DNA from: Rhodocyclaceae bacterium
GTDB taxonomy: Bacteria > Pseudomonadota > Gammaproteobacteria > Burkholderiales > Ga0077523
DNA length: 64,000 nt
Reading direction: 5' to 3'
NCBI GenBank assembly: GCA_020248405.1
Contig: JADCHQ010000042.1
Location: 228-64,227 of the forward strand
Part shown: positions 1 through 9,544 of the stretch, one piece after another
Layout: each line of letters begins with the position of its first letter
How positions within the stretch are numbered: the stretch's first letter is position 1
The notes under the pieces: model-generated
The model's database searches: none
The model's input: the letters and a program-made list of their open reading frames with translations, nothing else
Told to the model about the DNA's origin: nothing
Position numbers and translations under genes: made by a program

Positions 1-439
1 GCGCACCGCCCAGCGAGGGTCTGTTTCTGGACACGTCCCGGTCACCCTGCGGGCGTATTGCGGCCTTTGCGAGCGGCAATGCAGAGCGAAGCAGAGCCAC
101 CGCGTTGATGTTGTCACCGCAGCGGGACGGCGCTCGCAGTGTGCGCTTGGAGTCTCCTGGTTGCGGCGCGATTCGCAGCGTGGGGTTTTCCGAGGCCCCG
201 CCCGCTGTCTACGCGGCTTGCGCGAGCGGCGCTGTGATTGGGTGGCGGTTGCCGCAGCAGCAATGACTGGGGCGGCGCAGCCCGCAACCACTCGCGCCAG
301 GCGCTTGGCCTGAAGTGGCCGTTCACCGGCCGCGCACTGCCTCCTTCAACGACCGTGATTCGGCACGGCCCTTCCTTCGGTGACTGGGAAAACTCTCCGT
401 GCGATGATCGCCGCTCTGTTCACGCGCCCGGAGCCCACC

Positions 440-1057
440 GTGATTGACCTCTACCTCGCCCCCACCGCCAACGGCCTGCGCGCCGCCGTCGCCATGGCCG
501 AATGCGGCCTCGACTTCACCGCGCACCGCATCGACCTGATGAAGGGCGAGCAGCGCTCACCGGAGTTCCTGAAGCTCAATCCGGCGGCGCAGATCCCGGT
601 GATGGTTGACCACGATGGCCCCGGCGGCGCGCCCCTCACCGTGGCGCAGTCCGGCGCCATCATGCTGTACTGCGCCGAGAAGACCGGCCGCTTCCTGCCC
701 GCGGCGCTGGACCGCCGCGCCGAGGTGCTGGAGTGGTTCATGATGGGCGCCACTGACGTGGCCGCCACCAGCGGCGCCATTTTCCAGCTGGACGTGCGCG
801 CACCCGAAAAGGTGGAGGCCATCACCCAGCACTTTCGCAAGCGGCTGCTGGGCTTCTTCGCCGTGGCAGACGCCCGGCTGGCAGGGCACGAGTTCCTGGC
901 GGGCGAGGTCTCCCTCGCCGACTTCATGCTCTATCCCAACTACCACGCCCGCAAGGCACTGATCGACGCCGCCCGAGGCTTTGCCCACCTGCACCGCTGG
1001 GGCGCGGCCATGGCGGCGCGGCCGGGGGTGGCGAAGGGCATGGCGGCAGCGGCGTGA
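440..1057 (+). CDS. Nu-class (YfcG-like) glutathione S-transferase
   Basis: Track ORF 380..1057. GST N-domain motifs (IDLYLAPTANG, FLKLNPAAQIPVMVDH, SGAIMLYCAEKTG) plus a helical C-domain. Start set at GTG 440: GGAG lies 6 nt upstream and it directly precedes IDLY as in YfcG-type GSTs. ATG 404 and GTG 380 are alternatives. Confidence 0.85.
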   Translation: MIDLYLAPTANGLRAAVAMAECGLDFTAHRIDLMKGEQRSPEFLKLNPAAQIPVMVDHDGPGGAPLTVAQSGAIMLYCAEKTGRFLPAALDRRAEVLEWFMMGATDVAATSGAIFQLDVRAPEKVEAITQHFRKRLLGFFAVADARLAGHEFLAGEVSLADFMLYPNYHARKALIDAARGFAHLHRWGAAMAARPGVAKGMAAAA

Positions 1058-1121
1058 GCCGCGGCCGCGGTCACGGGCCCCGCGCCGACGCCTTCAGCCC
1101 TTTCGCTTGGGCCCCATCCGC

Positions 1122-3008
1122 CTAGCGCCAGTCACCCCGCAGGGCGAGAATCGTCCGCTGCAGTCCCTCAGGCGTCACGGCCTCGGCAGGCATGGGCGCG
1201 CCCACCACCAGCCCGATCCGGCGAAAGGGCACGAAGCGCCAGGGCTTGGACATGGCGGCGCCGTCCTTGCGCGAGAAGAACGACCCCCACAGCCCCTGCA
1301 GGGCCATGGGCACCACCAGCACCGGAGCGGCCTCGAGAATGCGCTTCACGCCGGGCCGGAAGGGGTAGAGCTCGCCGGTGTCCGTGATGCGGCCCTCGGG
1401 GAAGATCCCCACCACATCGCCGCTGCCGAGGGCCCGGATGATCTCGGCAATGGCGTTTTCGGTCATCTTCGGGTCTTCCTTCGCGGAGGCGATGGGAATG
1501 GCGCGGCTGGTGCGAAACACGAAGGAAAGCACCGGCAGCCGGAAAATGCGGTGGTCCATGACGAAGCGGATGGGCCTGCGGCAGACGGCGGCGATCACCA
1601 GCGCGTCCACGAAGCTCACGTGGTTGGCAGCGATCAGCACCGGCCCCTCTTCGGGAATGTTCTCCAGCCCGGCCTTCTCCAGCCGATACACCGAGTGGAT
1701 CAGCAACCACACGATGAAGCGCATGAGGAACTCGGGCACCAACGTGTAGATGTAGAGCGCCACGGCGGCATTGAGCAGCGCGGTGACCAGAAACAGCTCC
1801 GGGATGGAAAGCCCGGAGTGCAGCAGGCCGGCCGCAAGCGCCGCCGCCACCACCATGAAAAACGCATTGATGATGTTGTTGCCGGCGATGATCCGCGAGC
1901 GGTGACTGGGCTCGCTGCGGGTCTGCACAAGCGCGTAGAGGGGCACGATGTAGAAGCCGCCGAACAGGCCGACGAGCGCAAGGTCCGCGACAATCCTCCA
2001 GTGGCCCGGATCGGCAAGAAACGCCTCCATGGCCACCGGGCCGTGGGCGACGTGACTCGAGGCCGCCCACCACAGGTCGATGCCGAACACCGTCATCCCG
2101 ATGGAGCCGAAGGGCACCAGGCCGATCTCCACCTTGTGGCCGGAGAGACGCTCGCACAGAAGAGATCCCGCGCCGATGCCCACGGAGAACACCACCAGCA
2201 GCAATGTCACCACCTGCTCGCCCGCCGCGAGGATATTGCGGCTGAAGTTGGGGAACTGGGTGACGAACATGGCGCCATAGAACCAGAACCACGAGATGCC
2301 GAGGATCGAGAGGAACACCGTCCTGTTGCGGCGCGTGAACGCGAAATTGCGCCAGGTCTCACTAACGGGGTTCCAGTTGATGCGCAGGCCGGGATCGGCG
2401 GCCGGCGCCTTCGGGATCCAGCGCGACAGCGTGATGCCGGCCGCCGAGAACGCCAAGGCCGAAAGCGCCACGCCCCAGATGCCCCAGCCGGGCTGGGTGA
2501 TCATCCAGCCGCCGTAGATCATGCCCACGAGGATGGCCACGGACGTGCCCATCTCCACCAGACCGTTGCCGCCCAGGATCTCATCGGAGCGCAGGTGCTG
2601 CGGCAGGATCGCGTATTTCACCGGCCCGAACAGCGCGCTCTGCGCGCCCCCCAGGAACAACGCCGTGAGCAGCAACGGCAGGCTCTTGAGCAGCAGTCCG
2701 GCCGCACCGAGCGCCATGCAGGCCAGTTCGATGCCCACCGTGATGGTGATGAGCGCGGACTTTTCGAACTTGTCGGCAATCTGCCCCGCCGTGGCGGAGA
2801 ACAGGAAGAAAGGCAGCACGAACAGCGCCTGCGCGAGGTTCTGAAGCGTGTCGGAGGACATGCTGGTGAACGACGCGGTCTGGTAGGCCAGCAGGATCAC
2901 CAGCGCCTGCTTGAACACGTTGTCGTTTAGCGCCCCCAGGAACTGGACACCGAAGAACGGCCCGAAACGGCGCTCGCCCAGCAGCCGGAACTGACTACGT
3001 TCGCTCAT
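1122..3008 (-). CDS. MFS lysophospholipid transporter (LplT-like) fused to a C-terminal acyltransferase (Aas/PlsC-like)
   Basis: Track ORF 1122..3026. N-terminal ~400 aa are multi-TM MFS-like. The C-terminus carries the acyltransferase motifs NHVSFVDA and FPEGRIT. ATG 3008 is preceded by GGGGAGG. Confidence 0.85.
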   Translation of the reverse strand: MSERSQFRLLGERRFGPFFGVQFLGALNDNVFKQALVILLAYQTASFTSMSSDTLQNLAQALFVLPFFLFSATAGQIADKFEKSALITITVGIELACMALGAAGLLLKSLPLLLTALFLGGAQSALFGPVKYAILPQHLRSDEILGGNGLVEMGTSVAILVGMIYGGWMITQPGWGIWGVALSALAFSAAGITLSRWIPKAPAADPGLRINWNPVSETWRNFAFTRRNRTVFLSILGISWFWFYGAMFVTQFPNFSRNILAAGEQVVTLLLVVFSVGIGAGSLLCERLSGHKVEIGLVPFGSIGMTVFGIDLWWAASSHVAHGPVAMEAFLADPGHWRIVADLALVGLFGGFYIVPLYALVQTRSEPSHRSRIIAGNNIINAFFMVVAAALAAGLLHSGLSIPELFLVTALLNAAVALYIYTLVPEFLMRFIVWLLIHSVYRLEKAGLENIPEEGPVLIAANHVSFVDALVIAAVCRRPIRFVMDHRIFRLPVLSFVFRTSRAIPIASAKEDPKMTENAIAEIIRALGSGDVVGIFPEGRITDTGELYPFRPGVKRILEAAPVLVVPMALQGLWGSFFSRKDGAAMSKPWRFVPFRRIGLVVGAPMPAEAVTPEGLQRTILALRGDWR

Positions 3009-3242
3009 GGACCCTGACCTCCCCACTGAAGTTGGACGATCGCGCTACCGAGAAATTATTCCTTTTGCAGCACCAAGCGAATCCGGAGGGGCATTTGGCC
3101 AAACAAATCCGGACTGCCACCGTGAGATCGATCAGAAAGCGCGCTCTCGCGCCCGTGGCAATACGAGTGGCGTCAACCGCTCCCGCCACCATTCATCCTG
3201 GGCCCATGGCCTGCCACGAGAGAGAATCCATCTGCAAAAATT

Positions 3243-4049
3243 CTACTTTCGAGGCTCGGGCTCAGCCGGATTCTTCCTAAAGAGGTCTACAAGCCGCTCG
3301 AATTCATCAACATACCTCTTTATACGTTGCGCATCTCTTGATGAATTCAAGAACGGCTTCCCCTTACCCAATATCATTACATCCGCGTCATTCAAGGTGC
3401 CCGCCCGCAGGGACACGAATGGTCGCAAGTAATCGCACTCGACTTGACGCGGAAGTCGGGCGGCGAGCCATGCAATCTGCTCGAACCGGAACAAACGGCT
3501 GCTGAAGTTGAGGAACTTCAAGTTGGGTAGAAGGGAAATCGGTGAAACTTGTCCATCATCGATCTTCGTTGGGTTGAGGGACAGATTCACCAGGGACTGA
3601 AGTGATGCAATCGGAATCAAGCTAACAATGCTCGTTTTCCCGCTTGGCGAGTTTCCAAACGAAAGATGTTCCAGGCCCTCCGCGGAAGATAAGTCACCCA
3701 AGTCCCGGAGTCGCGTGAAGTCCGAGAATTCAAGCGACTTTAGCTTTGGTGTCTTGTGCATATCCCAGAATCGGATCGCCTTTGTGTTCCAGAAGAAACG
3801 AATGCTCTCGATTTGCGAGAGGTCTTCAAGAGGAGTGAGATCTTCGACTCCCGGACACTTCCAAAAGAAGATGCTCCGGAAACGATTTCCGTATTGAGCC
3901 ACAAGATACTCGAATGTGTCCTGCCGCAATCCGCTCACTTTGAGGCTGTCGGCATTGAACGAGTCAATATTATCGATAATCTCCGTTGTGATCCGCCCCC
4001 CCGACAGGGCCGAGTCCACCAGATGAATGCAATCAACATCTTGCTTCAT
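3243..4049 (-). CDS. Leucine-rich-repeat domain protein, function unknown
   Basis: Track ORF 3243..4091. Repeated LxxLxxLxL units (LKSLEFSDFTRLRDLGDLSSAEGLEHLSF, LQSLVNLSLNPTKIDDGQVSPISLLPNLKFLNF). ATG 4049 is preceded by GGAGGGAAGGG. AT-richer codon usage than flanking core genes. Confidence 0.7.
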   Translation of the reverse strand: MKQDVDCIHLVDSALSGGRITTEIIDNIDSFNADSLKVSGLRQDTFEYLVAQYGNRFRSIFFWKCPGVEDLTPLEDLSQIESIRFFWNTKAIRFWDMHKTPKLKSLEFSDFTRLRDLGDLSSAEGLEHLSFGNSPSGKTSIVSLIPIASLQSLVNLSLNPTKIDDGQVSPISLLPNLKFLNFSSRLFRFEQIAWLAARLPRQVECDYLRPFVSLRAGTLNDADVMILGKGKPFLNSSRDAQRIKRYVDEFERLVDLFRKNPAEPEPRK

Positions 4050-4310
4050 TTCGCCCTTCCCTCCGGGTTTTATCTTCCAAACCGGCGGCACTATGCCGCC
4101 TTTCTCTGTTCATGCTGAGCGCTGATCCAGACGCCCCGTGGCGATCGCCGAGGCGGTTACCAACATGGTTGCCATTGGAAGCGAGAGGCGCCCGGTGAAG
4201 TGCGGGGGTCGCTACCAAGTTCTCTGCAAGGGCCTACAGTGCAAGCAACCAAGGCGGGGCTGGTGTGCGAAGGACGTCCCGCAGACACAGGCCCTCACAT
4301 GTCAAACAAC

Positions 4311-4967
4311 TCAGCGCTTCATCCCAAGTTCGTCTAGCCTCTGTTCCCGAATTTTCCGGCGCCAGACATCTACGGTCCCAGACTCTATTGCTGCCAGCGC
4401 ATCCTTCAGCGCGTCGACCTCATCCTGGCTCCTTCCATGTTCATTACTGCGCCACCCGGGATATCCACTGCTGTAGACCACCGGAGCCTTTCTCGCGAGG
4501 GCGTCGCGAAGATAGATTCGCGCGAGTTCAACGTCACTGCGCGCAATAGCTGCAAACGCAACCGCAATGCCGCTATCGAACCAGGCCCCTTCATACTTTG
4601 AGATGGAGTCAATTTCGTCAAACCATAAAAATGCGGAAAGCCGGAGATTGTCAAGCATTGCCTCCGCAGCCGCCTTGCATGCGTCACGATCTTCTGGGTA
4701 CCAGCTTGCACCAAGCCGTCCCCCGGCATGATGGGTATGCAATGATGTCACTGGATCTTCGACAAGGTGAACTGAAAAATAAGCATAGATCACTTCCCCT
4801 CGTCCCCAACGGCCGAATTCGAAACTGATGTGGTCGATCAACGGGCCACGCAAACGGTTGAAGATCATTTTTTCAGCCGGTACAAAGCCCGAATTCGAAA
4901 GCCACGGTTCAATCACATTCCGGATCGCGTTTCTTGTCGGATCCTTAAGCTGCCGAACTTGTTTCAT
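4311..4967 (-). CDS. Hypothetical protein (possibly DUF4304-like, immunity-type)
   Basis: Track ORF, 218 aa, no competing frame. N-terminal pattern IEPWLSNSGFVPAEKMIFNRL...ISFEF...YFSVHL. Overlaps the upstream gene by 23 nt. Family assignment is by eye only. Confidence 0.6.
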   Translation of the reverse strand: MKQVRQLKDPTRNAIRNVIEPWLSNSGFVPAEKMIFNRLRGPLIDHISFEFGRWGRGEVIYAYFSVHLVEDPVTSLHTHHAGGRLGASWYPEDRDACKAAAEAMLDNLRLSAFLWFDEIDSISKYEGAWFDSGIAVAFAAIARSDVELARIYLRDALARKAPVVYSSGYPGWRSNEHGRSQDEVDALKDALAAIESGTVDVWRRKIREQRLDELGMKR

Positions 4968-5676
4968 ACAGAAATCCTAAGTCGTTGCGCTCGATGTTCT
5001 TCCAGGTTCCTGCCTCCACGACACGCACCCGTTGAGGCAGTGATAGCAGGCTGAACGTAGCTTCGGCTTCGCCCGGGGGGTCCTTGCAGATGTCAAACCT
5101 TTCGGTATTGTCGTTGCTCGAAGCCGCTCGAAGAGCCCGGCTGTCATGCACCAAGAGGCGGAGCCAAGCATTTGCTTCGTCATGCTTCTCCTGGGCTGTA
5201 AGAAGATAGACCTTTTCCATTGAAGGCGCACATCGGAGGTGAAAGTCAACGTATTCGTTCTCCGATTGAATTTGAGTCCATCGGTATTGATCAATATCTT
5301 GAAGTGCTGTACACAAACTTCTGGATGCTTTGGGGAAGTGACTGCTCTTGGTAATTGGGTACACACCGGTGCTTGGCGCAACCACGGCTGCTTCCGTCTT
5401 CCCTCGTCCAATTAGAAGGCCGGGGGCGAGGTCCAATGCCTCACCAAAGTGAAACCCAATGTGATTTCCGTCTGTCCTCGCTCCATCGTCACCCTGCCTC
5501 AGAGACTTTATGACCAGTTTGAAGTAGTGAAGGAGGTGCCCCTTCCTTCGAAAAAATCGAACGCCATCATTTGTGCTGAAGCCAAGCTGACGAAAAGTAG
5601 CGTCGATGAACGGCAGGAGATCGCCGCAAATGGAACGGAGCTCATCTCCAACGACTTGATCTGATGAGGAAAACAC
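4945..5676 (-). CDS. Hypothetical protein (N-terminus resembles that of 4311..4967)
   Basis: Track ORF 4945..5868. Start moved to GTG 5676, which has GGAGGG 6 nt upstream. N-terminal pattern LLPFIDATFRQLGFSTNDGVRFFRRKG...IGFHFGE. Confidence 0.55.
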   Translation of the reverse strand: MFSSSDQVVGDELRSICGDLLPFIDATFRQLGFSTNDGVRFFRRKGHLLHYFKLVIKSLRQGDDGARTDGNHIGFHFGEALDLAPGLLIGRGKTEAAVVAPSTGVYPITKSSHFPKASRSLCTALQDIDQYRWTQIQSENEYVDFHLRCAPSMEKVYLLTAQEKHDEANAWLRLLVHDSRALRAASSNDNTERFDICKDPPGEAEATFSLLSLPQRVRVVEAGTWKNIERNDLGFLYETSSAA

Positions 5677-5891
5677 CTGAGACCCTCCGTTGATTTCACA
5701 CGAGCTTGATGGTGCGCAGCCGGTGGCCCTGGTTCGGTTTGGCGCTGAATCTCCGCGCCGCTTCCGGGATCGGTCCGTGCCGAGACAAGCTCTGGCGGTT
5801 GTGAACTGAGCTGGCGGCAGGCGAAAAAGCAACCGCGTCCCGAGCGTCCCGAACCCTGAAGAATGCAACTTTTAAAGCGCGAGGCCGTAGC

Positions 5892-6356
5892 ATGACTCAC
5901 TCCGTTGGAGCAGGGTACGAGAGTTCAGCCGAGCTGTGCGGTTTGCGCATTGCCTCGGGGGATGGAGGCTGCTGCCTCGAAGTTTATCGCGACTCTGACG
6001 ACCCGCATCACTTCCTGGTTCGACTCACACTGGGGGGGATCAAGGTGGAAAACGATGCCGTTGCGTTTGTCGAGAAGCGAAAGTTTTGTTCCGCTCTCAG
6101 GGTTCTCCACTCGTCCATGGCCGGCCGTGCGGTGCTTCGCGGCACCGATGACGTGGAAATCTCGCTGCAGCCCGACGGGGGTTCCGGAGCCTTGGAATTG
6201 CGCGTTGTTATTGCACGGCACTTCACGGCATCAGCATCCCGAACCGGGCGGGATCTGCCGGCACGCATATCCCTTGAAGGGGGATTCAGTGTTCCCGGCG
6301 AGGACGTGTCGCGCGTGGTGAGGGATCTTGAAGCGATGTTTGACGACGCCGCGTAG
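5892..6356 (+). CDS. Hypothetical protein (possibly WapI-like immunity-type fold)
   Basis: Track ORF, 154 aa, the only plus-strand gene inside the island. Divergent from 4945..5676 across a 215-nt spacer. No recognisable catalytic motif. Confidence 0.5.
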   Translation: MTHSVGAGYESSAELCGLRIASGDGGCCLEVYRDSDDPHHFLVRLTLGGIKVENDAVAFVEKRKFCSALRVLHSSMAGRAVLRGTDDVEISLQPDGGSGALELRVVIARHFTASASRTGRDLPARISLEGGFSVPGEDVSRVVRDLEAMFDDAA

Positions 6357-6570
6357 CCACGGCGAGCGGGTGAGCGACACCCGTCTGGCGTGACTCGATG
6401 CGTCACGGCCGCCGGCAAAGGCAAGCCGGTCCAGGCGCTTCGTGGGCGTCTGTTCCCGCCCGGGTGCGCCGTCACCAACGGCTGGACACTCCAAGACCTG
6501 CATGTCGTCGTTGTAGAGCGCTTGCGCCTCGCCGCCGCGACGCCTGGAAATCTCCCCAGGGTGGCGCGTA

Positions 6571-7151
6571 TCAAACGCGTCTTGCCAGTTTCCGGGGGCC
6601 CTGCAACACCAGCACCGTTTCATCAGCCGCCAGGTAGCGCGCGATGAAGCGGTTGATGCCACCCTCCCCATCCGGATACTCCTCGTCCAGGAGAACGTCG
6701 TCGGCCAACTCCTCGATACTCGCACTCTCCAACTCGCCGCGGCCAGTCAGGAAGTGCCAGTCGATTGAGAACATTGGCTCGACGATGCGGCTGTCCCGCA
6801 CCGGCGACAGGATGGACTCCCGCGCCTGTTCGGCCGCTGCTGGCGTGCGGGACCAGATGCTGAAGTGCACGAGCAATAGGTGGTTTTCTTGCAACTCCCA
6901 CGACCCATCCCAGACACTTCCTCACTGTCGAGGAGCAAAGCGTTGGCCTCAAGTCGCTCGGCCTGAAAGCCGAGGTCCAGGGCGATTCTGTCGAAAAGCC
7001 CGTCCAGGTCGGTCCTCGCAGCGAACCGAAGCCGCAGGTGGATTGGGTAGCGAGCCGCGCCCGCCGCTACGGCACTGGCAAAACGCGACTTGAGGATGAG
7101 CTCAGGGAGGCCTTATACCTGCTCTGTGGCTGATGCGACAAAGGTATCCAT
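6571..7151 (-). pseudogene. Disrupted ORF downstream of the ATPase gene (in-frame TAA plus a frame change); family unknown
   Basis: Reverse frame from ATG 7151 (MDTFVASATEQV) hits TAA at 7113..7115. It then stays open with mostly G/C third positions (GLPELILKSRF...RIALDLGFQAERLEANALLLDSEEV). The coding signal switches frame near 6905..6925 into track ORF 6571..6894. Same strand as the ATPase gene and about 55 nt after its stop. Confidence 0.35.
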
Positions 7152-7205
7152 GACCGTCAAAACTCCCTGTGTGCTGGCATGTCGTAACTCCCCGAAGTAT
7201 GCGGT

Positions 7206-8378
7206 TCATCGCGCCGGCCATTGCCAGCGTGGCATGTCGTCGTCGATGTGAAGATCCATCACAGTCTGCCCGTGCGCCTTCCCAAGGCGAATCGAGTTAC
7301 AGCCGCTGTGGCGCTCGAGGGCGGCGACGAGCCTAGACGCATGCGTGACAACGACGATCTGCGATCTGCTTGATGCCTCCACGATCAGGCGCCCCAGTGA
7401 AGGCAGCAAATCCGGATGCAAGCTGGACTCGGGCTCGTTCAGCACCATGAGTTCAGGAGGTCGGGGGGTCAGCAGGGCAGCGACCCAAAGGACATAGCGA
7501 AGGGTCCCGTCAGACAGTTCTCCCGCCCGCAAGGGCCGAAGCAGGCCGGGCTGAGTCAATTCGACTTCAAAGCGGCCGCCCGCGTTGAGGATATTGACGG
7601 ACGAGCCCGGAAACGCGTCGTCGATCGCCTGTTCCACCGCATCAGCGTCGCCAATCTCTCGAATGGTCTGCAACGCCGCTGCAAGGTCACTGCCGTCATG
7701 GGACAACACTGGCGTGTGCGTGCCGATTTGTGGGCGCCGCGAGGCGGCGTCGGCATCGGATCGAAAGTAGTCATAAAAACGCCAGGACCGCATTTTCTCC
7801 CTCAGTGCAATCATTTCGGGAGCGCGAACGGGGTCCGCGCAACGGGCCACCATGCTTTCAAAGTCCGGAAGATGCTGTGACAGGGTGTGCCACTCGGTTC
7901 CTTCGCCGCGCGCTCTTGTCAGGGGGCCAGTGCGGTCAACCAGAATCGCGGCAGGGCGCAGCACAGGGCCGCTCCAGATGCACTCGCGCTTGATGACGGG
8001 GTCGAGGTTGAACGCCGATCTGGCATCTGGACCCTGCGGCGGCAAACCAAGCTCGAGAGAATAGGACAGGTCGTCTGCGGCGAAGCCGAGACGCAAGCTC
8101 ACGGGATTCCTGCGTCGGGCGCCCGGCGGGGGGCGTTCGCTGCGGGTTGGAGAAGCACTTGGGGACTCGGGCCCAGCCCAGAGCGTCGACTGCAATCCTC
8201 CCTCGCGCGCCAACGATGCAATCAAGCCCCCGCGGGCCACTTCGCTCAACAGCCGCAACGCCCGGTACAGGCTTGATTTGCCGCTCCCGTTGTCGCCCGT
8301 GACAACGTTGAGAGGGCCCAGGGGAACGACGAGTTCACGCAACGAGCGATAGCCGGCGACGGCAAGCGTGCTGATCAT
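7206..8378 (-). CDS. ABC/SMC-like AAA ATPase (COG4637-like predicted ATPase)
   Basis: Track ORF 7206..8432. Start at ATG 8378 (MISTLAVAGYRSLRELVVPLGPLNVVTGDNGSGKSSLYRAL = Walker A). Signature-like LSDGTLRYV, Walker B LMVLNEPESSLHPD, and a downstream THA. Confidence 0.85.
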   Translation of the reverse strand: MISTLAVAGYRSLRELVVPLGPLNVVTGDNGSGKSSLYRALRLLSEVARGGLIASLAREGGLQSTLWAGPESPSASPTRSERPPPGARRRNPVSLRLGFAADDLSYSLELGLPPQGPDARSAFNLDPVIKRECIWSGPVLRPAAILVDRTGPLTRARGEGTEWHTLSQHLPDFESMVARCADPVRAPEMIALREKMRSWRFYDYFRSDADAASRRPQIGTHTPVLSHDGSDLAAALQTIREIGDADAVEQAIDDAFPGSSVNILNAGGRFEVELTQPGLLRPLRAGELSDGTLRYVLWVAALLTPRPPELMVLNEPESSLHPDLLPSLGRLIVEASSRSQIVVVTHASRLVAALERHSGCNSIRLGKAHGQTVMDLHIDDDMPRWQWPAR

Positions 8379-8667
8379 GCGGAAGGCGCGTGGGAAAGCG
8401 ACCCTGCAATGATACTTGCGGGAGACGACCACTGGCGCAGGGCCGGACGCGGTGTCTGTTCTCAGCGCGGCGTCACCGACTCAGCGTCACGGGTCGTTTC
8501 CCCCGTGATTGCGCGTCCCCTGCCAGCCCCGAGCGTTGGGCGTGAATCCCGGACGGCTACCAGCCAAGATCCCCTCTCTTCTCTGTAAGTGCTCGCCACA
8601 GCATGGACCACGGGCGCTTGGCGCCTCGCTTTCGCCGCTCGGGGCAGACGCCGTTGAAAACGCCTGT

Positions 8668-9159
8668 TCAACTCTCATCCGCTGAGCGAATCGCCTTTTC
8701 CGCGCGCGCTACTCGATTGGTGCATTCACGTGCCTCGGAGGACACCCTCATTCGCATGGGGGCGAGGAAAAGGGCGGCCAGTAGGCCGATGACAAGCCCG
8801 AGAGGGGTATAGGCGAACGCGAAAATGACTGGAAGGAAAAGCAAACCCGCCCCTTCGCTCGAACCCTTCGTGAGAATTACCAGAACAAAGCAAAGGAACG
8901 CGCAGACGTTCACCCACACCACGCTCATCGCAACCATCGACAGCACGCCGCACCCCAGCCAATACTGCCGTAACACGGCGATTAGGGCACCTGACGAGCA
9001 GATCGTGGTGATGACTCGAATGTCGATGAGTGACCCTGCAACCTTGCCGCCGCCAAAGACGAAAGACTTCCACCAATCCAAGATATCCATGGGATGTTTG
9101 GCCCAAAATTGAGTGCAGGCGCCACACATTACCCGCCGTTGCTCTGGTACGGCAAACAC
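8668..9159 (-). CDS. Small integral membrane protein, function unknown
   Basis: Track ORF with 3-4 hydrophobic helices (GALIAVLRQYWLGCGVLSMVAMSVVWV, FLCFVLVILT, LLFLPVIFAFAYTPLGLVIGLLAALFLAP). Start uncertain: GTG 9159, ATG 9129 or ATG 9090. Confidence 0.5.
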   Translation of the reverse strand: MFAVPEQRRVMCGACTQFWAKHPMDILDWWKSFVFGGGKVAGSLIDIRVITTICSSGALIAVLRQYWLGCGVLSMVAMSVVWVNVCAFLCFVLVILTKGSSEGAGLLFLPVIFAFAYTPLGLVIGLLAALFLAPMRMRVSSEARECTNRVARAEKAIRSADES

Positions 9160-9544
9160 TTGTACCAGCCACTTGAATCAGCACGCCGCGTGCATGCGCG
9201 TCTCGCTGAAGTCGATGAGTGCTGGCTATCCGGAATGCACCGCGCGGAAAGAGGCTGGTGCTGCGCACCAGCACGCCCGCCCCAGTCCGGCGTTTCTTGA
9301 CCGCGCCTGGACTGCGTAGACACGCAATCACCCACAGCCTGACGCGAAAGAAACGCTGTTAGGGTGCGAGCCAACGTTGCACTGGGCGCCGGGAGGGGAG
9401 TTACCCTGCCAGGTACCGCCCAGCGCGGCTGAGCTCCCAGGGCGGTGAGGTCGCGCATGTCTGCTTCATTCAACCGAAAGCCCATGCGCGCGCCCCACCT
9501 GCTGGAGCTGAAAACGACGATGCGGGGCTCGCCGCGGGCGGCGC

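Noticed and set aside
1-379. Stop-free plus-strand frame from the window edge, and ORF 114..326(-).
   Set aside because: The translations are not protein-like (Arg/Cys/Ala strings). I recognised no motif and no clear RNA structure. Left unannotated; a gene fragment extending from outside the window cannot be excluded.
981-2930. 649-aa plus-strand ORF opposite the lplT-aas gene. Similar long ORFs occur at 9594..10640(-), 9770..10885(+), 10819..12171(+), 18911..20815(+), 20488..22167(+), 23766..25064(+), 25016..26329(+), 26791..28494(-), 28564..29901(+), 31565..33568(+), 34988..36457(-), 36458..37798(-), 37811..38791(-), 48474..49682(+), 53104..54540(-), 55582..56568(-), 58282..59316(+) and 59644..61698(+).
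   Set aside because: Their translations are Arg/Gly/His/Pro/Ala-rich low-complexity strings with no motifs. Each lies antisense to, or out of frame with, a gene whose product is clearly recognisable. Long stop-free shadow frames are expected in DNA this GC-rich.
9129-9485. 118-aa minus-strand ORF (MGFRLNEADMRDLTAL...) at the right edge of the island, considered as a possible recombinase or mobile-element fragment.
   Set aside because: No catalytic or DNA-binding motif is recognisable. It has mixed codon usage and overlaps the start region of the membrane-protein ORF. The evidence is insufficient to call it a gene or relic.
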